Shown: piece after piece, positions 1 to 9,236 of the stretch | Layout: each line of letters opens with the position of its first letter | Position numbering within the stretch: position 1 is the first letter of the stretch | Sequence record: MK318083.1 | Length of the DNA stretch: 32,000 nt | Source of the DNA: Aeromonas phage Akh-2 | Reading direction: 5' to 3' (one strand) | Made by a program: the position numbers and the translations under genes | The notes under the pieces: model-generated | The model's input: the letters and a program-made list of their open reading frames with translations, nothing else | The model's database searches: none | What the model was told of the DNA's origin: nothing

Positions 1-2
1 GT

Positions 3-221
3 GTTGGGGTTATTGATGCGGATTATCGTGGTGAAATCATGGTTAAACTTGTTAACCGTGGTAAAGAAGATATGACCCTACAACCATTTGATCGAGTAGT
101 TCAGATGGTTGTAGTGCCTCACTGGTATATGAAGCATATTCAGAAACTCAATAGGGAAGATTTTGATAAACTAACTACAGAGCGTGGTGAAAAAGGCTTT
201 GGTAGTTCAGGAATTCAATAA
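3..221 (+). CDS. dut: dUTPase (dUTP pyrophosphatase), C-terminal part, truncated at the left window edge
   Basis: Reading frame 3 is open from the window start: VGVIDADYRGEIMVKLVNRGKEDMTLQPFDRVVQMVVVPHWYMKHIQKLNREDFDKLTTERGEKGFGSSGIQ*. It matches dUTPase motifs (GVIDADYRGEI, F/GDRxxQxVV, RGxxGFGSSG). TAA stop; all four visible Gln codons are CAA/CAG. Confidence 0.9.
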   Translation, partial: VGVIDADYRGEIMVKLVNRGKEDMTLQPFDRVVQMVVVPHWYMKHIQKLNREDFDKLTTERGEKGFGSSGIQ

Positions 222-223
222 CG

Positions 224-255
224 AAAAAGGAGCCCTAGGGCTCCTTTATTTTTAT
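224..255. terminator. Bidirectional intrinsic terminator between convergent dut (+) and the late operon (-)
   Basis: Perfect 22-nt palindrome AAAGGAGCCCTAGGGCTCCTTT (226-247), followed by ATTTTT on the + strand and by TT then CG on the - strand; it lies between two convergent stop codons. Confidence 0.8.
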
Positions 256-881
256 ACAGACTAGGGAATTTCTGTAACGCTTAGAATAAGATCATAGATA
301 CTAACTGCAGCCTATGAACCATCTGTACGCCACATTACAGGGAAAATTTTATCCCCCTATTTAATGCCCTAGCCATTATAGGTACTTCTACCTACAGGCT
401 TCTAACCAACATGCATAGTACTCTCCCTGTTGGCTTTGCCTACCTATTCTGCCCTAAATCTAGATACATAGGCTTTTCCTACTACGTCTTGACCAGCGAA
501 TTGCGGCATTTGCGTCGGGTCTCCTACCCCTACCCCCATACATAGTGAATCCCCTTCTCCCCATTTGGCGGTACAGAAGAATGCTATATCTATAGCAAAC
601 ATATCGCGAGTAGCAACTATAAACTTACTAGTTGGGTCTATTACAAAACCTGTACCTCTAGTAACACCACCTTGAGTAGCTTGGGTCATAGCTACAATTC
701 GATAGTCATTATCACCTATAGGTGATGGTGCTGTTTGAAGCTTTAACACAGTAGGGGATGGTACAAATATACTAGCACTGGAAGAGAATTGATTATAGGC
801 ATTTAATATATCTTCTGGTGTTACCTAACCACCACCGCCACCTCCCCCAGTATTGGGTGGATTATACTTATGTTGAATCAT
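252..881 (-). CDS. Phage protein of unknown function, 209 aa (TAG=Gln)
   Basis: MIQHKYNPPNTGGGGGGGQVTPEDILNAYNQFSSSASIFVPSPTVLKLQTAPSPIGDNDYRIVAMTQ... ending in TAA. RBS AGGAG upstream; start overlaps the preceding stop (ATGA). Needs TAG read-through to be full length. Confidence 0.75.
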
Positions 882-1153
882 GCCAGTTCTCCTGTCATTA
901 GTCGACCTACAGAAAATCCTCGTACTCTAACATACAGAGATTCACCCACGGCTAAAGTAGCAACAGCTTCCTAATAGTTCTTTTCCTTAGTAGTTAATGA
1001 GATACCATTCTCACTATCATAGGGCACGTCGTCCTTTGTTAGCAACTCCAGTCTTTCGTAACCCTCATTAATACAGTTAATACGCATAACTGATAATGCG
1101 GGACCAACCACCTATACCCACCCTTCTTCTGGTATTACTATAGTTTCATTCAT
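878..1153 (-). CDS. Small phage protein of unknown function, 91 aa (TAG=Gln)
   Basis: MNETIVIPEEGWVQVVGPALSVMRINCINEGYERLELLTKDDVPYDSENG...GRLMTGELA*(TGA); 92 codons, tightly coupled to neighbours. Confidence 0.7.
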
Positions 1154-1155
1154 GT

Positions 1156-1695
1156 TTATACCCTATTCTTAATCCAACCAAAAAGGAATCTCTCATTCTT
1201 AGGAGACTTCTCAGAAATTTCTAGATAATGAGTGCCCTGAGTACACCTAATACCTAGAAGTAGTACTTCCTAAGACCCACGCTATTTGATAAAAGCATTT
1301 AGCTAACCTAAGGTAGAGGGTCCAATTTTTCCATCTACTGTTTGGTCCTAGTAGTACTTTTGTCCATCATTCAACGCATTTAACCAACGCTGTAGCATTT
1401 TTACTGATATTACTGTTCCCTAATTAATACCAAAGTCTATAAGGTCTAGTCCAAGCTCAGAATCTATATCATATATCTTGTCTAGCTTAGGTACTAGGAT
1501 ATATTCATTAGCATAAATATCTTTAGCTGTTTGTAGTGGTAGATCTTGCATAGACCCTTTGTACCCGTTAGCACGAGCTACTTTTTCCGTAATTCCGTAT
1601 TTTGTCTAGCCGCCGCTGTCATAAGGGTCATTTCCATATAACCCCTCTATATTGACAACGTGGTTTATTACCTTCTCTAAGTCAGATTGTTTCAT
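1156..1695 (-). CDS. Endolysin, GH108-type (N-acetylmuramidase) with C-terminal peptidoglycan-binding-like region, 179 aa (TAG=Gln, 6 in-frame TAG)
   Basis: MKQSDLEKVINHVVNIEGLYGNDPYDSGGQTKYGITEKVARANGYKGS...LIDFGINQGTVISVKMLQRWLNALNDGQKYYQDQTVDGKIGPSTLGQLNAFIKQRG...*; matches the GH108 layout (EGxYxNDPxDxGGxTxYGIT; DxxxNxG...QxxLN; DGxxGPxT). Confidence 0.88.
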
Positions 1696-1708
1696 ACTTT
1701 ACCTTTAA

Positions 1709-2176
1709 TTACACGTTCTATATGGTTACAGTAGGCGCGTAAACAATTGTACCACCCTGCTACGCAGAGAAATCAATAGAAACAGACCTAGTTACTCCAG
1801 CAAGTGTAACGTAGACACCCCGGTTAGTAGCATCTGCTAAGAACCACTAAGCCTCTGAACACCCATTATAAGTTACACCACCATTACGTATTCTAACCCA
1901 AGCCTTACCTCTAAAAATTTGTACAGTTTGCTGTACTCCCCCCTAGTTGTGTACTTGATTAGTGGTATTAGTGGCAGCATCATAATAGAACCAACAAAAA
2001 GTTTTAACTGGTGTTGTAACCCCATTAAGTAGTACTAATGCGGATTTACCCTATAGTCTAGATACTAACCCTGTTGTACCCAATCCAGCTTTATTCATAA
2101 TATCGGAGGCACGTCCTGTGCCTCCAAATTCAGTATTAGCTTGAGAAAGGGTAAAGGGTATATTAGGTACTGTCAT
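1709..2176 (-). CDS. Tail-associated/structural protein of unknown function, 155 aa (TAG=Gln)
   Basis: MTVPNIPFTLSQANTEFGGTGRASDIMNKAGLGTTGLVSRLQGKSALVLLNGVTTPVKTFCWFYYDAATNTTNQVHNQGGVQQTVQ...TIQNV*(TAA); 156 codons. Confidence 0.7.
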
Positions 2177-5100
2177 TATTCCCCCTTCAACTACTTAAGT
2201 TCCTACCTAAGTTCTTTTATAGCTTCTACTAGTAGAGCTATAGTACCAGAAGGAGATACTGTCATAAAATCATCAACAGTAGCAGTAGCTTCTGGAAGAA
2301 CCTATTCAACATCTTGAGCTACTAGACCTGCTTCTCTAACTGTCTTACCTTTTTTCATGTAAGTATATCCAAATAGTTTATCTACTTTATCAAGAGCATT
2401 GATGATAGGCTGGAATTCAGACTTAAGTGACCTATCAGAGGTTACTTGGAAGTCTGGAGCACTAACAAGACCACTAGTCTCTATAGCCATACGCAAGAAT
2501 GTTTCACCTGCTGAGCCATTAGAGGTTGTAAAACGCAATTGACCACCAGTGCCCATATAGATCATGGCCGCAGCAGTTCCTGGGTTATGGAACTCTATTA
2601 GGTTATTATTACCAGTCCTATTTAGCCTTAGGTATCCTCCATCTATATTAAGAGACCCAGACATATTACTATTTCCAGTAACGTTTAGTGTCCCAGGCTG
2701 AAGGTTATTAATGCCAACAATATCATTTGAGTATATAATGAAGGGTTGCTATTGCCATACGTCATTAATGTATCTATGAATTCCTAACTAACCGTTAGCT
2801 GGGTCAACGCCCATACCCCAAGTTACACCAGTAAAAACCTAAGTAGGAGAAAATCTTAAACCACCGTTATTCTACACACGGAAAGTTGGTGCGGCTAGTC
2901 TATCAGTATTAGCTAGAATTTCACCTTTACTAAAAGTAATTGCTATCCTATTTTGTGTATCTCCGGTAGCCTTAATACTTATATAGGGATCTCCGGAGAC
3001 TGGAGCTTCCATACCGATCCAAGTAGTACCCGCGTTATTTTGTACAATACTTGCAGTACGAGAATAGAAAGGTACAGCTGTAGATACAGCACCTCCTGAT
3101 ACATCAAAAATTGGGTTATCAGCAGTAGTACCATGTTTTATCTTAAAGCTATTTCCCTCAGCTATTAGATGGTACATGGTATTAGCTTGGTCTTGGAAGC
3201 TAATAGACTTTTGGTTATCTACCTTTATAGCACCTTTCATGTTTGCGACAGTAATCGCTCCAGTCATTGTGCCACCAGATAGATTTAACTTAAGCTAGTT
3301 TTGAGCATCGGCATAGGTCTTGTTAATAAGATGCTAACCAAGAGTAGGGGTGCCACCACCAGTTATAGTACCATCATTGTTGAATACTGTTTCATTAGTA
3401 ACAGTAGTCATGCCACGAGGACGAATATGCACAACACCAGAAGCTACGTCTCCACCACCAAGTATAGTGCGCATATCTGTGCCAGTACCAAGGAATAGAC
3501 CTTGGTATTGTGAACTGGAAGAGACAAATGCGTATTGGTCTGAGGCTATAAATCGTGTACCCGTTAAGCTTCCAGTTAAAGTCCCTCCTACCAGAGCCAG
3601 AGCTCCCGTATCCTAAGCTGTAGGTTTAAACTATTCGTTATAATCACGAATCCAAGGAGTCCAAGCACCCTAGGAGTATTGAGCACGACTATACACGGAA
3701 GATGAATTATAAACATAGTACCTTTGAGTTACCCCTGCCCCCTCTAGTACCACTAAAGTACCAGCCAAAGGCACAGGATAATTTAGACCCTAGGTTGACG
3801 CCACAGCATTCTAAGTATTTCTATATACGCCGGGTGTTTTTATAGTATCTAGATTATCGGTATTTGTTAAGAGGATTTCTGATACTATAGTACCTGCTAG
3901 CCTACTATTAACCCAGTCCACTCTAGTAAGAGCATTTACCTAAGTATCTTGCTATGTAGATTGGTAGAAGTTCTCGGCAGTTACGTTACCAGTATTAAGT
4001 TTTACCTTCTTACCCGCATGTGTAAATTCGGCACCTACGTATCTATTTATAGCAAGAGTACTAGTATCCTAGGTAGTTCCATCCTAATTTCTATATCTGG
4101 ATGCTATAAATATACCACCTTCGTATTGCCCTGTAGTAGAAGTATTAAATACTTGACCAAGTATTCTAGACATTTGGTCACCTGAGTGAGGGTCATACCT
4201 ATTAGGGGTATTAGCCCTAAAGGATATCTCACCTATAGTGTACTATAAATCCTACTAGATAGAGTCTCGGAACTTTTCTTTTGTATATGATACATAAGGA
4301 TATACAGAATCATCACTAACTTGGTTATTGTGCCGTAAGATACCTGTTCTATAGGTGTTTACAGATTCCCATAGCCCCGTGGAAACCCAAGGGCTCCAAC
4401 CCTCTGCGGAACTAGACCAAGTCCTAGTATACTCACGATACTATGCAATACCCTATATAGAAGTATTATAGGATACTTTCTGTACTGTAAGAGTATCAGA
4501 AGAACGTTGATAAACTTCTAGCATACCGTTTAAAGCTACCTAGGTTCCTGCTCCAAGGTTAGTAACAGAGTTTATCCAGCTACCGTCTACAGTATAACGT
4601 CCATTAGTTTTAGCAAGGTCAAAGTCTCTAACCCCACCTGTTATAGTGGTTGCGTTTGGGTTAGTACCTACTCCAGTACCTGCCCCAGTCTACGCAATCT
4701 AACTATTTACATAGTCATACCTAGTTAGGGCATTAGCTGTAGTTTTCTGCTAGGTTCTAGATACAGGGTTATTAAGTTCTAGTTCCCCTGTAGGAACTAC
4801 CCTAAATACTAGTGTCTAGTCAGAGATAGAGGTATTATCTTTATTTAGCCTAAACCCCCCACCATCAGCCACAAAACCCCACTTTTGGTCCGCGTTATCA
4901 GTTTCTTGGAACCAGAATTGCGGAGCGGTATTCTATAGAGTTACTGTACCTGTTAAAGTACCACCAGTAAGCTATAGAGCCCCTATTTCCTAAGCAGTAG
5001 GTTTCTTGGCAGTAGAGTAAAGCTCAAACCAAGGCTGCCACACGCTAGCATATTTTCTACGAACGAATACCCTATCAGAAGTATAAGAGTAGAAGGTTTG

Positions 5101-6903
5101 CATTACACCTGCATCACCCCATTTAGATACTACTAACGTAGAGCCAGAAGGCCCAGAACCAAAAGGAGTTTCTGTAGTGCCAGAGTATACCTAATAGAAT
5201 CCACTTTCTGTAGCTGTATCACATGATAGATTAGATAGGCTCTTACCTACGCCACCAAGACCAAACCCAGCTGGAGCAGCTCCTACACTATTATAGTCTA
5301 AGGTTACCTATCCAGAAAGCCCATTAACTGAGGTTACTGAATCAGTACCATCCATCTTAAACCAGATGGAGTTAATATTATCCCAGTGGATATAGTCCCC
5401 AATATCATATGGAACACCTAGTATAGTACCTGCCTAGGTAATACGATAGAAATCCGCAGTAGTGCCGCTTGGGGTAGGGGGAGCATTACCCGCCTAAGCA
5501 GACCATCCACCACGCCAGATTAGTTGGCCATTTGCGGTCTGAGCTGCCTGCGCAGCTTTAGCCGCGTAATGGAGTGCTGAATACAGCCCCCCAGAGACCA
5601 CAGTATTTTCTGGGTTTGCAGCCCACTTCTGTGCTAAAGTTGCTGAACCTGCAGCATTAGTCTAAGAGGTAGAAGCTTCTCCTGCTTTAGTAGTTGCAGT
5701 AGTTGCAGACTAAGCAGCATTAGTCTAAGAGGTAGAAGCTTCTCCTGCTTTAGTAGTTGCAGTAGTTGCAGACTATGCTGCATTTGTCTAAGAGGTAGAA
5801 GCTTCTCCTGCTTTAGTAGTTGCAGTAGTTGCAGACTATGCCGCCTAGGTTTTACTAGAATTAGCCTAAGTAGCGGACTACGCAGCATTTGTAGCTTGTG
5901 TAGTTGCTGTGGAAGCAGATGCCTGGGCAGAAGCGGCATCAGTTGCAGCGGCACTAGCAGATCCCTAGGCTGCAGTAGCCGAAGTACTAGCCTAAGACTA
6001 AGAAGACTACGCGTTAGTCTCTGAAGTCTATGCCTAGTTCTTACTTGCCAACGCCTAGCTAGCTGAGGAGGCAGCATTAGTCTAAGAAGTCTATGCTGCG
6101 TTCTTGCTCTAAAGGGCATTAGTTTCAGAAGTCTTAGCATTAGTTTCAGAAGTCTTAGCCTAATTTTGACTCACCAGAGCCTATGCCGCTGAAGCTGCCT
6201 AATTGGTTTCAGATACCTAAGCTTGATCCTTACTAGTTTGGGCAGCCTATGCAGACTATGCAGCATCACTGGCTTTGGTGCTAGAAGTTGACTAGGAGCT
6301 CTAAGCCTAAGAAGCAGACTACGCAGCATCACTAGCTTTGGTACTAGCAGTTGTAGCAGAATTGGCAGCATTAGTCTAAGAAGTCTACGCAGCAGTTGCA
6401 GAAGCAGCGGCCTGTGTTTTACTAGTATTTGCCTAGGTGGCAGACTATGCAGCATTAGTCTAAGATGTCTATGCGGCATTTTTACTTGCTAATGCATTAG
6501 TTTCAGAGGTCTTAGCATTAGTTTCAGAAGTCTAAGCCTATGCCTAAGATGCGGCCTACTAGTCTCGTGCCTATATAACTTGGGTTAATAGGTCGTAGTC
6601 TACATCTTCCATCTAAGTTTGCTCTAGAAGGATTTGATTTAGACTATAATTATTCATACTGGAAACTATAATTACGTTACTAGCTATAGTTCTGTACTAT
6701 GTTTCGTTTTGAAAACGTACTTTTATCGTAAAGGTACCTATCCCAATAGTGGATACATACGCTCCAGTCTAGGATGTTATAAGGGAGTAGTTAGTACCTG
6801 CAAGTACATCAGTAGAAGTCTTGTTCTACTCAAATAGAATTTCAGCATTCTATATTGCCGCTCCTTGTGGAGCTTTTAGAATACCTGTTATATTAATAGT
6901 CAT
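2176..6903 (-). CDS. Giant tail fibre protein with C-terminal Peptidase_S74 intramolecular chaperone domain, about 1575 aa (TAG=Gln)
   Basis: Single frame with no TAA/TGA in the parts walked codon by codon (most of the gene). N-term MTINITGILKAPQGAAIQNAEILFEQNKTSTDVLAGTNYSL...; middle ASQTNAAQSA / SETNA / ASKNAA repeats, LTGGTLTGTVTLQNTAPQFWFQETD, GGTLTGSLTGTRF, GGTMTGAITV modules; C-term VTSDRSLKSEFQPIINALDKVDKLFGYTYMKKGKTVREAGLVAQDVEQVLPEATATVDDFMTVSPSGTIALLVEAIKELRQELKQLKGE*. Confidence 0.9.
5654..5842 (-). repeat. Three near-identical 63-nt (21-aa) tandem repeats in the tail fibre shaft
   Basis: Period 63 nt beginning at 5654, 5717 and 5780 (gcattagtctaagaggtagaagcttctcctgctttagtagttgcagtagttgcagactaagca); encodes ATTATTKAGEASTSQTNAAQS with TAG=Q. 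Confidence 0.9.
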
Positions 6904-7166
6904 TATAGCCTCTCTAATAGCCCTTCCAGGGTAATCGTCGTATCAGTGGGTAAAATGTTTACACCGCGACGATAAGATCTTTTTTCATTTTTACTATCAT
7001 ATAACGAAAAATCATAAATTCCAACACTTAATTCAAAGTCATAAGAGCCATTGGACTAAATAGCTATAGTGCCAGAAATCTGCTCTAGTTGAGTAGACCC
7101 CGTGGTTACTGGGGTCACCTCTATTTTTCTAAGGTCAGTAGTCTAAACCCCAGTAACTCTAGCCAT
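6903..7166 (-). CDS. Small tail/baseplate-associated protein, 87 aa (TAG=Gln)
   Basis: MARVTGVQTTDLRKIEVTPVTTGSTQLEQISGTIAIQSNGSYDFELSVGIYDFSLYDSKNEKRSYRRGVNILPTDTTITLEGLLERL*; TAA overlaps the fibre ATG; RBS AAGGTG. Confidence 0.7.
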
Positions 7167-7169
7167 AAA

Positions 7170-9236
7170 TCACCTTATATGTAGGAAGCCGTTGGCTAAA
7201 TCAATCTTCATCTTATACGTACCTTCTGGGTTACCTGATAACGCAGCATTACGGTCATAGATTACGTTAATACCTGCTTTCTAGAAGAAAGCCTAATCTG
7301 CAACCATTTTTTCACCTCTAATAGTACCATTAGCAATTATATCACCATGTACCATTAGTGCTGGAGCAACCCAAGCACTACCATTCCACATTCTAGTCCA
7401 AGCAACCTATGGGTTACTAACCCTATACTGGGTAACACAGTCATAAATAACTTGCTATGTACCAAAAGTACTGAGGAAGAAACTATTCGCAGATGCCACG
7501 TTGAAATCTGTAGTTGCATCAGCAACCTAATACTAGAAGATACCAGCTCCACGCTACCCTTGTGCACCATTCTAGCCGTTACCACCAGAAAACTGCACTG
7601 GGGTTGACCAACTTCCCCCACTTATCAAGGTGTTTGTAAGTGGGTCTATAGTACCAGTACATGTCCATACTTTTTGAGTATTAGGATCATACTATGGCGG
7701 GCTAGTCTACCAGCCTGCTGGAGGGTACTAGGTAGCTGTTGGCCTTGCTGGAGCAGTCTAGCCTACCTAGTAGATAGGAACTACTGATTTACCTTTTAAG
7801 GCTTCTTGTAAGGTAGTATCACCGCCTGGAGTGCCTATTGTAACAGTACCGGCAATTTTAAGCGCAGTACCATCCCAACGTATATATTGTACGGAGTTAC
7901 CCATATCAAACTTGAATTTACCGTCAGGGGCATAACCCATCCATATACCCTGATTAGCATTACCAAATGCGGGTTTTTCTTGAGAGTATAAGGAGGGTGG
8001 AGTTCCTGAGGTATTAGTTAGCACAAAACTAGCTGCATTAATAATATCAGTAATAACCCTACCAGATATATTCATAATATTATTAACTGCGTCGAAGGTA
8101 AAGGGCACCTTCCCTTGAGCGTCTGCAATACCTATTGAAAGGTTGCCGGTTGCCTAGTCTAGTTTAAAAGTTTGAACTCTTGCCTAACCAGTACCTTTAT
8201 ACTAGTTTATACCAAAATACCCAACTTCTACTCCAGTCTCTTTAGTAAAGTTGTCTGTTATAGGGGTATTCTAATCAAGTAGAAAGTTAACAGGGTCAGA
8301 ACTAGTAGACATGGTTGAATCATTAGGACCCCAACTGTCTGCTGTTACGCGCATTTTAAATGGTATATTGTAGGGGAAATTCGTTAGAATCTAGAACTAG
8401 GTACTTGAAGTATTTACTTTTTGCGAACCCTACCACCCACTTATATTATACTGCTAAAGGGGTATATATTCTAATATAAACTGTTTAATCTGCTAACCAC
8501 TACCACGCTACCATGTCCAAGATACCTTAACGTCATAACGTTCTACACCATCTTTTATCTTCTAAACCTAAAAGTCTATAGCGGTTGGTTTAGTAGGTGG
8601 TATAGCCATATATTGAACAACTACCTAAGTAGGATATTGGTACCACTATGATTCCTCAATAGTAACTCCATCTGGTAATCCAATTTTTCCCCTAATTCTG
8701 AAATTAAATGTACCTACAGGCATTATTAGGGAAATGGGGGAGGTCATAGAACCAGAATATATCGTAGTCCATACAGTATCTGTGCTAACCTTGTACTATA
8801 TTTCAACAAAATCAGCATCGCCACTAGGGTAGAAGTTAACAGTGGGGTTACTTACACCAACCTCTACCTAGGTAGCAGTTACTGTTATATTAGTTAAGGT
8901 AGGCTATTTTTTAGTTCTAATCTATAACTAATCAGAAATATTGATACCGAATTTAGCCTATAGCAATTCGGTATCAATCATTTTATCGTAGAACTACCCC
9001 TTAACAGTATAAGGGGTATCCTAAGTAAGGCCAGGTATAGTTACAGTAGTATAACTAACCTGGCTGGGATCTGTTATCAACCACTCCTTTATCTGCACAT
9101 TGGACTAGTTGTAAACCCAAAAAGCTTTACCAAGCAAGTCCTAGTCTAGATTAAAAGAATGTTGAATGAAGACCTTAGTATATGAACTAGTCCCATATAA
9201 AGAGACTAGTTTCTCTGGTGCGGTATTCTCTATCAT
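7170..9236 (-). CDS. Tip attachment protein J-like, C-terminal part, about 688 aa (TAG=Gln)
   Basis: Frame walked with no TAA/TGA from ATG 9236 to TGA 7170. Fibronectin-type-like segments, then SAWVAPALMVHGDIIANGTIRGEKMVADQAFFQKAGINVIYDRNAALSGN...HIR*, typical of the C-terminal region of lambda gpJ-like tip proteins. Confidence 0.8.

Noticed and set aside
3949-4185. 78-aa plus-strand ORF inside the fibre gene
   Set aside because: Antisense, no RBS, no recognisable motif; the minus frame here is continuous with the fibre modules.
5654-5842. Tandem repeats considered as a CRISPR array
   Set aside because: Contiguous 63-nt repeats with no spacers, in-frame inside a fibre gene.
5634-6479. Leu/Arg-rich minus-strand ORFs of 168 and 102 aa (5634-6140, 6171-6479) in the ORF track
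   Set aside because: They are out of frame with the fibre gene and arise from the repetitive GCA/ACT/TAG shaft DNA; the true frame (TAG=Gln) gives SQTNAA-type repeats linked to the fibre N- and C-termini.
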